In this document: positions 1 to 8,185 of the stretch, in pieces | Layout: the number at the start of each line of letters is the position of its first letter | Position numbering within the stretch: the first letter of the stretch is position 1 | Assembly (NCBI GenBank): GCA_044225505.1 | Contig: JBGAIN010000011.1 | Coordinates: 62,001 to 104,776 of the forward strand | Reading direction: 5' to 3' | Origin: Limisphaerales bacterium | GTDB taxonomy: Bacteria > Verrucomicrobiota > Verrucomicrobiia > Limisphaerales > SIBE01 | DNA: 42,776 bases | The notes under the pieces: model-generated | The model's input: the letters and a program-made list of their open reading frames with translations, nothing else | The model's database searches: none | Told to the model about the DNA's origin: nothing | Translations under genes and position numbers: made by a program

Positions 1-103
1 CGCGGGCCTGAACAACGGAAGGCCGGTGTTGGCCCTTGCCTTGAAAAGCGGCACTTCGTCCCGAACGTTGGCTTTGTTCCGCGATCAAGGATACTCTCGG
101 CGT

Positions 104-661
104 ATGACGCGCGATCAAGCTTGGCTCTTGCTCAACGAGTATACCCAGTCCGAGTCGCTGCTGAAACACGCTCTCGCTGTGGAAGCGGCAATGCGCCAGT
201 ATGCCCCTCGTTTTGGCGGCGACGTCGAACTCTGGGGAGTCACTGGACTCATCCACGACTTTGACTACGAACGATGGCCCAATCCGCCTGACCACACCCG
301 GGAAGGTGCGAAGATTCTCCGCGAACGACGTGTGGACGAAGAGATTGTCGGTGCGATGCTGTCGCACGCCGAATGGAATCATCGGGAGTATCCACTCGAC
401 CGGCCCATTCGGAAAACGCTGTTTGCGGTCGATGAACTTTGCGGGTTCGTGACGGCTGTGGCTTACGTGCGACCGGAGAAACTGCACGGGATGACCGCCA
501 GCAGTGTCCGCAAGAAACTGAAACAGAAGTCGTTCGCGGCGTCGGTGAGCCGCGAGGATATCGACCAGGGCGCGGCGCTGATGGAACGTTCGCTGGACGA
601 GCATGTGACCGAAGTCATCCAGGCCCTGCAAAAAGTAGGGACCGAGCTGGGGTTCGCCTAG
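104..661 (+). CDS. HD/HDIG-domain metal-dependent phosphohydrolase
   Basis: ORF 26..661; ATG at 104 chosen (MTRDQAW...). Motifs LLKHALAVE, GLIHDFDYE, SHA and LFAVDELCGF are typical of this small HD family. Confidence 0.85.
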   Translation: MTRDQAWLLLNEYTQSESLLKHALAVEAAMRQYAPRFGGDVELWGVTGLIHDFDYERWPNPPDHTREGAKILRERRVDEEIVGAMLSHAEWNHREYPLDRPIRKTLFAVDELCGFVTAVAYVRPEKLHGMTASSVRKKLKQKSFAASVSREDIDQGAALMERSLDEHVTEVIQALQKVGTELGFA

Positions 662-702
662 GAGCACAAGCCAAGTGGCGGAGCGCTCCGAAACGCGCAT
701 AT

Positions 703-1752
703 TTATCGCGTTCCCAACGCGGGCCAGGTGCCCTCAATGATTGGCTTCGGACGGAGTTGGGCGGGGTCGATCACAGCATGCTTAATTCGTTCCCGTTTCC
801 AGGAGTAAGTAATGTGCACGAGTCCGTCCCGCGTCTGAATGACGGCCGGGTAGGAATACTCGTCGCCAGGCTTATCCTCCAGGACCGCCGCGGCGTCCCA
901 AGTGTGTCCGTCCGACGAGACGGCGACATTCAAGACACCGCGATCGTCGCGCGAGTGATTATAGACGAGTAAGCTTCGACCATCCTCCAACTTGACCGCA
1001 TCGATCGCGCTATTCGGGTTAGGCAGTTCCGTGCGAGTCAACGGCGACCAATGTTTGCCCCGATCGTTGGACCACGCGTCAACAATGCGGCCTTGTTTGG
1101 TGCGGCAAAGGATTTGGATACGATCCAAGCGGTGGACCAGGATCGTAGGCTGGATGGCTGCCACCTCACGCGATTCGTTGAGGGGCTCGGTTTTGCCATA
1201 ATCTTTGCCTGGGCTGCGCAGCCATTCCATGTGGACTCTCCAGCCAGCCTCTTCGGTGCTAGAGCCGCACAACAGCACGCCTTCGGGCAACTCCACCGGC
1301 TTGCTTCGGATGGGGCCGTAGTGGTCTTTGGGAAGGAGCTTCGGCTCGGACCAGGTCACGCCCTGGTTGTCCGATGTAGTGATTAAACTCCACCAACGTT
1401 CCGGGCTGGGACCGACTTTGTAGAAGAGCACGAGCGGACGTACTTCGGCTGAAATGCGTCCACGGGTTCCAGCAGGGATAGCGTCTGAGCCCATTCTCGC
1501 CAAAGCCCTCCAGAAAGGAGCACGATCAGACCAACGATCCTTCGTAACGCGACATCCAGATTCCCACATCAAGCGCCCGCTCTCGGCTGCCAGCGGAACC
1601 AACCGCGAGGAGCGTATGGTCTTTATTTCAACGATGGTGGAGGCATAGGCCGCGGAAGGCATCGTTTTCAAAATAGATTCATTCTTGATCACGCCAGGTT
1701 GTTGGGCAACGCCCTCGAGAGTGAGCGTCGCGACGAGCAAAGCTGCCCTCAC
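703..1752 (-). CDS. BNR/Asp-box exo-alpha-sialidase family protein (compensating frameshifts in N-terminal third)
   Basis: Signal-peptide-like N-terminus; Asp-boxes SDNQGVTWS, SNDRGKHWS, SSDGHTW; IQPT, LPNPNSAID and EYSYPAVIQ motifs. The expected DVGIW and RYPCWNP segments lie in another frame (~1460-1620). Confidence 0.8.
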   Translation of the reverse strand: MRAALLVATLTLEGVAQQPGVIKNESILKTMPSAAYASTIVEIKTIRSSRLVPLAAESGRLMWESGCRVTKDRWSDRAPFWRALARMGSDAIPAGTRGRISAEVRPLVLFYKVGPSPERWWSLITTSDNQGVTWSEPKLLPKDHYGPIRSKPVELPEGVLLCGSSTEEAGWRVHMEWLRSPGKDYGKTEPLNESREVAAIQPTILVHRLDRIQILCRTKQGRIVDAWSNDRGKHWSPLTRTELPNPNSAIDAVKLEDGRSLLVYNHSRDDRGVLNVAVSSDGHTWDAAAVLEDKPGDEYSYPAVIQTRDGLVHITYSWKRERIKHAVIDPAQLRPKPIIEGTWPALGTR

Positions 1753-1870
1753 GAACCCGCGCCCGAGTGGAAACGGGCGGCTCTTCCATAGAGAGACGGC
1801 CGCCGCTGTTAAACGGAACGAGGGTCTGGAACCCTTGCGGTCTGCAGTAACATCGTGAATCGCACCTTGC

Positions 1871-2152
1871 TCATTTGCTAACAGACAATTGGGGTTTGGG
1901 CTCTGTCACCATCTTGTAATGGTCCGTGCGGAACGGTGACGCGGGGAGGCCATTCTTGTTCCAAAGGTTGACTACTGGAAAGTCAGCCCAACCATAGCGG
2001 ACCGATTCCGGGTGGGACACTTGGGAGCTGCTCACGACGACTTTATCACCTTGAATCTCCGCGTTCGCCCACGAATTTCTGGTCGGCTCCAGCGATGGCA
2101 AAGCCCAGCAAATCGCCGCTGCGCACTTCGAGGCCCGCCCCGACGTGGTCAA
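1871..2152 (-). CDS. Sialate O-acetylesterase, C-terminal fragment
   Basis: WANAEIQGDKVVV...VRYGWADFPVVNLWNKNGLPASPFRTD is the canonical C-terminus. It joins the middle fragment by a 1-nt shift near 2070. Confidence 0.75.
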   Translation of the reverse strand: MTTSGRASKCAAAICWALPSLEPTRNSWANAEIQGDKVVVSSSQVSHPESVRYGWADFPVVNLWNKNGLPASPFRTDHYKMVTEPKPQLSVSK

Positions 2153-2615
2153 AGCTCAGCACGGCTTTGTCGCCATCGATCTTCAAGGCTTTATACACAG
2201 GGCCACTATAGACCAGGTTTTCGCCATAGGCGATGCCGCGTGCTGCTAAAGCGAGTCGGGCGCCCACTGGTTCTTTCTTGGTGGGATGGATGTCATCTTT
2301 GTCACCAACGTCGGTCATCACAGCCATGCCCACCTTGGGCAACGTCTGCGTGGCGAGCACCTGCGCTTCCCGAAGTTCTGCCCAGTCACTATCGCCCGGG
2401 GCGGCTGCGATCTCGCTCACAGATCGTTTCTTGCCTTTATCCCAAGGCGCGAGTTGGACTTCCAGGAAGGTGAAGTTGCCCTGGCCCCAGTCGCGACGCC
2501 AATTCCGAATCATATCCGCGAAGAGCGACCGATACTGATGTGCGCGGGAGGCGTTAGACTCGCCTTGATACCAAATTGCGCCTCGGATCGCATAGGGGAT
2601 GAGTGGTGCGATCAT
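2046..2615 (-). CDS. Sialate O-acetylesterase, middle fragment
   Basis: (LYNG)MIAPL..YAIRGAIWYQGESN, LREAQ and DIHP motifs of the SASA/CE6-like SGNH fold. Confidence 0.8.
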   Translation of the reverse strand: MIAPLIPYAIRGAIWYQGESNASRAHQYRSLFADMIRNWRRDWGQGNFTFLEVQLAPWDKGKKRSVSEIAAAPGDSDWAELREAQVLATQTLPKVGMAVMTDVGDKDDIHPTKKEPVGARLALAARGIAYGENLVYSGPVYKALKIDGDKAVLSFDHVGAGLEVRSGDLLGFAIAGADQKFVGERGDSR

Positions 2616-2628
2616 TCCATTGTAAAGC

Positions 2629-3345
2629 TCACACGGCTTCCAGTAGGGCGGCGTGGGCTTGTTTTCCGGCCGGTTTCTTCCCTTCGGGTGCTAAAGCCGT
2701 GGCCTCTTGCTCATACTTCGCGAGGGCATCCTGGTAAGCCTTGAACGCTTTCGGGTAAGCGTCGAGGATCGTCGTCTTATAGTCGGCGTTCGACGCTAAA
2801 ACACTCTCGGTCATCCAAACCTCAGCAGGGGACCCGCCCCAAGACGTATGGATAAGGCCAATGGGCACGCCCAAGGACTTCTGCAGATCACGACCGAAAA
2901 AGTAGGCCACAGCGGAACAGCCCGGAACGGTGTCCGGGCCGCACAGGTTCCAATGGCCCGAGACATTATTCGTGGGAGCGTTCGCCTTGAGTTTGGGAAC
3001 GGTAAACAGGCGGATGGCAGGATTGCCCGATTGCGCAATGACGTTAGTCGGTTCAAAGCTGCGGTTCACTGGCCATTCCATATTGGACTGACCACTGCAA
3101 ACCCAGACCTCACCCACGAGCACATTCTGGAGCTGGATCTCGTTCCTTCCCGATACCGTGAGAACGTCAGGCCCGCCCGCTTGCTGTCGCCGGAGTTTCA
3201 CTTGCCATTTCCCGGCGCGCGCGGTGGTGTTCACCTTTTGGTCCCGAAAGCGCACGGTGACAACCTCGCCCTCGTCCGCCCAGCCCCACACCGGCACCGC
3301 GATACCCTGTTGCAGGACCATGTTATCACCGAAAATCCCAGACAA
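2629..3345 (-). CDS. Sialate O-acetylesterase, N-terminal fragment
   Basis: IFGDNMVLQ, GEVWVCSGQSNMEW and VPIGLIHTSWGGSPAEVW motifs. The signal peptide appears frameshifted upstream (~3380-3420). Confidence 0.8.
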   Translation of the reverse strand: MSGIFGDNMVLQQGIAVPVWGWADEGEVVTVRFRDQKVNTTARAGKWQVKLRRQQAGGPDVLTVSGRNEIQLQNVLVGEVWVCSGQSNMEWPVNRSFEPTNVIAQSGNPAIRLFTVPKLKANAPTNNVSGHWNLCGPDTVPGCSAVAYFFGRDLQKSLGVPIGLIHTSWGGSPAEVWMTESVLASNADYKTTILDAYPKAFKAYQDALAKYEQEATALAPEGKKPAGKQAHAALLEAV

Positions 3346-3701
3346 TTTGACTTCCGCACGGAGTGCTGGGTAAACGAGCGCAGAGCAGCAAGCCCAACGA
3401 TCAAGCGTTGTTTAGAACGCGTGCCCGACAAGCGTGGCAGTTCAGAAATAGCACGGCCGAGAATGCGGCCGATAGCTCGACTGAGCGTGCGAGAGTTGTG
3501 CATAAAGAGAGAGTGCATCTTAAGTCTTCCGGCCCGTCAACGCTGAAGGCTGGCCAGGAGTGAATCGGCACGCCGGGTCGACGGATACACCTCTCGCTGG
3601 AATCGCATCTGCCATGTCTAGAGTTGCGGCGCGCGCGCCCCTGTTTAGCATCGGGCCATGCGCGCAGCACGTCTTTGTTCGGAGTGGAGGCGCTCCATTC
3701 C

Positions 3702-4838
3702 ATGATTCTTTCTCTCGCGGTCGGGACGTTAGCTGGATTGAGCTTCCTCCTCACTGTCTGGCAATGGGTGGGAGCACGCCGATTTCCATTGCACCAACGG
3801 CGGGCCTCATCGTTGACACCAGCGGTAACCGTGCTCAAACCGTTAAAAGGGACGGATGCGGAGCTCGAGGCGTGTTTAAGGTCCTGGTTGGACCAGGATT
3901 ATGCAGGCCAGGTTCAGATCTTGTTCGGAGTCGCCTTTGCGGAGGATCCTGTCTGCGATTTGGTGCGCAAACTCTTGGCTGATTATCCCGAGGCGGATGC
4001 GCAGTTGGTCCTTTGCCCGAAGATTCTTGGGCCCAACGCGAAGGTTTCATCGCTCGTTCATCTGCAAGCGTTGGCCAAACACCCGGTGATCGTCATCAGC
4101 GATGCCGACGTGCATGCCCCGGCTGACTTGCTCGAGAATGTGGCTCCAATGCTCGAGGATCCAAAGGTCGGTTTGGTCAATTGCTTTTACCGCCTGGGGA
4201 AGGTCGTTACCGCGGCCATGGAATGGGAGGCGGTCGCGGTGAATTCCGATTTCTGGAGCCAGGTCCTGCAATCGCGCGCTCTCAAACCGCTCGACTTCGC
4301 CTTGGGCGCTGTGATGGCCACGACCCAAGCGCGGCTCAAAGCCATCGGAGGCTTTTCTGCGTTGCTGGACTATCTGGCGGATGATTATCAGCTCGGCCAT
4401 AAGATAAAGGCCGCTGGCGGTTTGATCGAACTTTGTCCGGTGGTGGTGGAATGCCGCTCCGAGCCAATGGGGTGGAGGGAAGTTTGGATTCACCAGCTGC
4501 GCTGGACCCGGACGATTCGCGTCTGCCAGCCTGTGCCCTTCTTCTTTAGCATATTGAGCAACGCAACGCTGTGGCCGTCACTTTGGGTGCTGGCCGATCG
4601 AACGGCTGTGTCCGGAGTGGGCGCAGTCTTTTGTGGGCTCTTCCGGGTGTGGACAGCGGCGTCGCAGCAACGGCGCTTGACTGGCCGCTGGCCGGGCGGG
4701 CGCAGCTTGGCGCTCGTGATCGCCAAAGATCTGCTTGGATTCCTCATCTGGGCTCTCGCCCTGGTCGGCAATACCATCGTCTGGCGGGGGGATCGATATC
4801 GGATGTTGCGTGATGGACGACTCGCGGGCCCGCTTTGA
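3702..4838 (+). CDS. hpnI: Ceramide-glucosyltransferase-like GT2/GT21 enzyme (hopanoid-associated HpnI family)
   Basis: N-terminal TM, VTVLKPLKG, GPNAKVSSL, ISDAD, LADDYQLG and HQLRWTRTIR (QxxRW-like) motifs, C-terminal TMs. Confidence 0.75.
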   Translation: MILSLAVGTLAGLSFLLTVWQWVGARRFPLHQRRASSLTPAVTVLKPLKGTDAELEACLRSWLDQDYAGQVQILFGVAFAEDPVCDLVRKLLADYPEADAQLVLCPKILGPNAKVSSLVHLQALAKHPVIVISDADVHAPADLLENVAPMLEDPKVGLVNCFYRLGKVVTAAMEWEAVAVNSDFWSQVLQSRALKPLDFALGAVMATTQARLKAIGGFSALLDYLADDYQLGHKIKAAGGLIELCPVVVECRSEPMGWREVWIHQLRWTRTIRVCQPVPFFFSILSNATLWPSLWVLADRTAVSGVGAVFCGLFRVWTAASQQRRLTGRWPGGRSLALVIAKDLLGFLIWALALVGNTIVWRGDRYRMLRDGRLAGPL

Positions 4839-5009
4839 CGGGCGAATCTCGCCCAGCGACAGGTCGTGAAAATTGAACATGGCGTTCGGCGTGAGACCGC
4901 CCGCCGGTTTCCTCCAGTTCGTGCTGGCCGTTTTTGCTTGCACTTGGCGGCGGCTGGATTAAGAAGGGGCAGCTCTTTGAAACGGTGGAGTGTTACTCCA
5001 TCTCATGCC

Positions 5010-5156
5010 GCAGCTCAATGTCTGGGAACCCCGTGCAAATCGGGGACGGTTGCGCCACTGTAACGGGCTACAGACTCCCACAGCCACTGTTCCAATCGTG
5101 AATGGGAAGGCGGGAGCGAGATTTGAAGCTCGAAGTCAGGATACCGGTTGAGCTGT
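5010..5156 (+). ncRNA. Cobalamin (AdoCbl, class I) riboswitch aptamer
   Basis: P1 CAGCTCAA/TTGAGCTG; GGGAA junction; CCCCG-TGCAAAT-CGGGG T-loop stem; ACGGT..GCCACTGTAA; CTCCC..AGCCACTG..GGGAAGGC..GGGAG peripheral domain; B12-box-like AAGTCAGGATACC. Confidence 0.92.
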
Positions 5157-5249
5157 GCTCGTCTAGGCCATCGAAAGATGGCCTGCTTCTCCGTCAAAGA
5201 GAAGGATGAGGCCAGCCTGCCAAATTGTCGTTTGGCCGGTTTCTAGAAT

Positions 5250-5291
5250 GCCTTCAGTCTCGATTTGATGGAGTCTGAAGGTTTTGTTTTT
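5250..5291 (+). terminator. Intrinsic terminator, probable riboswitch expression platform
   Basis: GCCTTCAG-T-CTC...GAG-T-CTGAAGGT stem followed by TTTGTTTTT, located between the aptamer and the first gene. Confidence 0.7.
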
Positions 5292-5425
5292 CGGCTGTGA
5301 AACGGCCGTGCGTCCTGGAGCCAAGTTTCAATCCTGGCTCTGGCCTGCCTCCTCTCAGACTTCGTCCTGGTCTCTCAACCGTAAACTCATCTGCTGCCAC
5401 GCAGCAGGTTGTCAGACTAGTTCAT

Positions 5426-6310
5426 ATGCTGATCAGGACTGTTCTTGGAACGTTCGCCTTGGCGAGCGTGTTTTTCGTCACCAAAGTTTACGCGGCTCAG
5501 TACGCCGACGGCGTCGTTGCCTATTCGGCCGGCACTGGTTTCGCCACCGAATTTGGATCGGGAATCGGCTATACAAATGCTACCGCCGCCTTGGGCGAAC
5601 CTTCCCGGGTGACTCCAGGCACATTCGGCGGGCCAGTCGATCCGTTCAGCCCTCCGTTTTCCAAGGAACAATTGGTCTCCATCGGTGCGGGCGGGTCGCT
5701 GACGCTCCGCATGAGCAGCCCGATACCGAACGATCCGAATCACCGTTTCGGAATCGACTTCACACTCTACGGCAACTCCGGTTTCGTCATCACCAACGGC
5801 AACTTTTCCGGCGGAGGTATCACGGACGGCTCACTTTTCAGCGGAAATCCCGGAGCGACGCGCGTTTCGGTGAGCCAAGACGGCCAGACTTACTACCAAC
5901 TCGATCCCAACCGAGCTCCAGCTGTCGATACGCTTTTCCCGACCGACGGCTCTGGAAGCTTTGATCTGCCCGTGAATCCGGCATTCACGAGTGCTGACTT
6001 TGCGGGACTAGGGTTGGATGGCATTCGGAATCTCTACGCTGGATCGGGCGGAGGGCTCGGATTTGACTTGGCGTGGGCGCAGGATGCCATTGGGCAGAGT
6101 GTTAGCCTGGACGACGTGCGGTTTATCCGCATTGAAGTGCTTTCCGGAGTCGCTGAGGTCGACGGCGTGGCCGTTCCGGGAGTGGTGCCAGAACCGGAAG
6201 TGTGGACGCTCTTTTTGTCGGCCCTTGGGCTTCTCTGGATTCAGCGCCGATCCGAGCGGGTGAAACGCTCTGCTATTCACGGGTTCCTGGTCGAGAGTCC
6301 CGGAACCTAG
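5426..6310 (+). CDS. PEP-CTERM-sorted cell-surface protein (putative B12-binding domain)
   Basis: Signal peptide MLIRTVLGTFALASVFFVTKVYA; C-terminal VPEPEVWTLFLSALGLLWIQRR (PEP + TM + basic); first gene after the Cbl riboswitch. Confidence 0.85.
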   Translation: MLIRTVLGTFALASVFFVTKVYAAQYADGVVAYSAGTGFATEFGSGIGYTNATAALGEPSRVTPGTFGGPVDPFSPPFSKEQLVSIGAGGSLTLRMSSPIPNDPNHRFGIDFTLYGNSGFVITNGNFSGGGITDGSLFSGNPGATRVSVSQDGQTYYQLDPNRAPAVDTLFPTDGSGSFDLPVNPAFTSADFAGLGLDGIRNLYAGSGGGLGFDLAWAQDAIGQSVSLDDVRFIRIEVLSGVAEVDGVAVPGVVPEPEVWTLFLSALGLLWIQRRSERVKRSAIHGFLVESPGT

Positions 6311-6328
6311 GCAGGTGGAGGAACGATC

Positions 6329-7288
6329 ATGCGCGCTCTCGCGTTGACTCTCTTTGCCGTCGGCCTGGCATTTCCGCTCCGAGGCGCGTCCATCCAGGAA
6401 GATTTCAAGACCGATCCGATCGCTCGAGGGTGGCGAAAAGTGGGAGACGAGGGGCTGTTTCGTTGGGATTCAGTAGCTCAAAATCTGCAGGTCACCTGGG
6501 ATTCGTCCAGGCCGAACAGTTATTTCTATGTGCCTCTGGAGACTATCCTTACCAAACACGAGGACTTTCGTTATGGGTTTGACCTGCGATTGGAGGCGGT
6601 CGCTGTGGGAATGGCGATCGGTCAACCCTATACCTTCGAGTTGGCGATTGGATTGATCAACCGGCTGCAGGCGACCGGGACCAACTTTTGGCGCGGCACA
6701 GCGGCGGACTCGCCCAATCTGCTGGAGTTGGACTACTTTCCGGATTCGGGGTTCGGCGCGACGCTTTCCCCAACGATCATCTCGAGCAACCACCAGTTTG
6801 AAACCAGTTTCACCTTTCCCTATGAACTCACTCCAGGCGATGTCTTCCGGTTCGCCTTGAGCTATTCAGCGACGAACCAAACACTGACCGGAAGCGTGCA
6901 GCGTAACGACGAACTCGCAAGCGCGTTGAAACCCGTCGTCATTCGGCCAGCGTTTACGGACTTCCGCCTCGACGCCCTGGCGGTAAGCAGCTTCAGCGAT
7001 CAAGGGAGCGACGGTTCGTTGCTGGCGCAAGGCCGTGTGGACCAGGTTTGGTTTGAAGGTCCTGATCCTCCCGTCGCCAACCTCGTGGGGCGCTGGCATC
7101 AGGATCGTTGGCAAGTGACTTTCGTGGGGCAGTTCGAGTGGCTTTACACGCTGGAAAGAAGTGCCGATTGGCGTGCGTGGAGCGCCGTGGGAGCGGCGGT
7201 GACTGGTTCAGGAATTCCACAGAGTTTGGAGGATCCAAGTCCCTCGGTCGGCGGGGCGTTCTACCGGATCCGTGCCGAAAGGCCTTGA
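6329..7288 (+). CDS. Secreted hypothetical protein with Verrucomicrobia-type C-terminal '...FYR' domain
   Basis: GGAGG Shine-Dalgarno; signal peptide MRALALTLFAVGLAFPLRGA; beta-rich core; ends YTLERSADWRAW...EDP...FYRIRAERP. Confidence 0.8.
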   Translation: MRALALTLFAVGLAFPLRGASIQEDFKTDPIARGWRKVGDEGLFRWDSVAQNLQVTWDSSRPNSYFYVPLETILTKHEDFRYGFDLRLEAVAVGMAIGQPYTFELAIGLINRLQATGTNFWRGTAADSPNLLELDYFPDSGFGATLSPTIISSNHQFETSFTFPYELTPGDVFRFALSYSATNQTLTGSVQRNDELASALKPVVIRPAFTDFRLDALAVSSFSDQGSDGSLLAQGRVDQVWFEGPDPPVANLVGRWHQDRWQVTFVGQFEWLYTLERSADWRAWSAVGAAVTGSGIPQSLEDPSPSVGGAFYRIRAERP

Positions 7289-8101
7289 ATGCGTTCAATC
7301 TCTCTCAACTCGATGGAGTGGGTGGTCCCAGGGCGGGCGAAGCGCCTGGTCAGCGAAAGGAGATGGCTGGTCGCCTGGCCGGAATCAGGTTTCACCTTGG
7401 TAGAATTGCTGACGGTGGTGGCGGTCATTGGAATTCTAACATCGTTACTCTTGCCGACGCTCGGGCGCGCAAAGCAATCCGCGCGTCAGGTCCAGTGCGC
7501 CAGCAACTTGCGTCAGTTGGCCTTGGCTGGCCAAATGTATTGGGATGATAACTCGGGCAAAGCGTTTCGATGGCGCGGGGCAGCGTTGAACGATGGGCAG
7601 ATCTATTGGTTTGGTTGGCTCCAGAATGGACAGGAAGGCGAGCGGAGATTCGATCCCAGTTTTGGGGCCCTCTACCCTTACTTGGGCGGAAAGGGGGTCG
7701 AAGTTTGTGGGGCGTTCAACTATTTCCATCCACAGTTTAAGCGGAAAGCCAGGGTCACGTCCTTCGGCTATGGCTACAACCTAATCCTTTCGTCGCGTGC
7801 GGACGAACCGCCTGTGGATCTGGGCAAAGTGAAGCATCCGGACGCGGCCGTCTTTTTGGCGGATTCCGCCCAGGTCAACACGTTTCAAGCTCCGGCCTCG
7901 GCGGACCATCCGATGTTGGAGGAGTTCTATTACGTGAACGAAAGCGAAGCGACGGCGCATTTCCGGCATCATTCGCAGGCCAATGTGGCGTTCTGCGATG
8001 GACATGTCGGGGCTGAACGACCTGCTCCGGGCGGCCTGGACCGGCGTTTGCCGGGGGAGACGATCGGGCGTTTGCGGTCGGAGATCCTTCGGTTGGAGTA
8101 G
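7289..8101 (+). CDS. Prepilin-type N-terminal cleavage/methylation protein with H-X9-DG motif (DUF1559-like)
   Basis: G^FTLVELLTVVAVIGILTSLLLPTL, AKQSARQVQCASNLRQ and H-HSQANVAFC-DG motifs. The ATG directly abuts the upstream TGA. Confidence 0.9.
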   Translation: MRSISLNSMEWVVPGRAKRLVSERRWLVAWPESGFTLVELLTVVAVIGILTSLLLPTLGRAKQSARQVQCASNLRQLALAGQMYWDDNSGKAFRWRGAALNDGQIYWFGWLQNGQEGERRFDPSFGALYPYLGGKGVEVCGAFNYFHPQFKRKARVTSFGYGYNLILSSRADEPPVDLGKVKHPDAAVFLADSAQVNTFQAPASADHPMLEEFYYVNESEATAHFRHHSQANVAFCDGHVGAERPAPGGLDRRLPGETIGRLRSEILRLE

Positions 8102-8185
8102 GCGAACACGTTCTAGCGTTGCCAAGACCTACTTGGCTTGCGTAGGATCCGGGCACCGTTCGAGGCTGCCCTCACGGTTCTTGGC

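Noticed and set aside
3702..5156. Possible functional link between hpnI and the B12 riboswitch (hopanoid methylases are B12-dependent)
   Set aside because: hpnI lies upstream of the riboswitch and no hpnP/hpnR is present; adjacency alone is insufficient.
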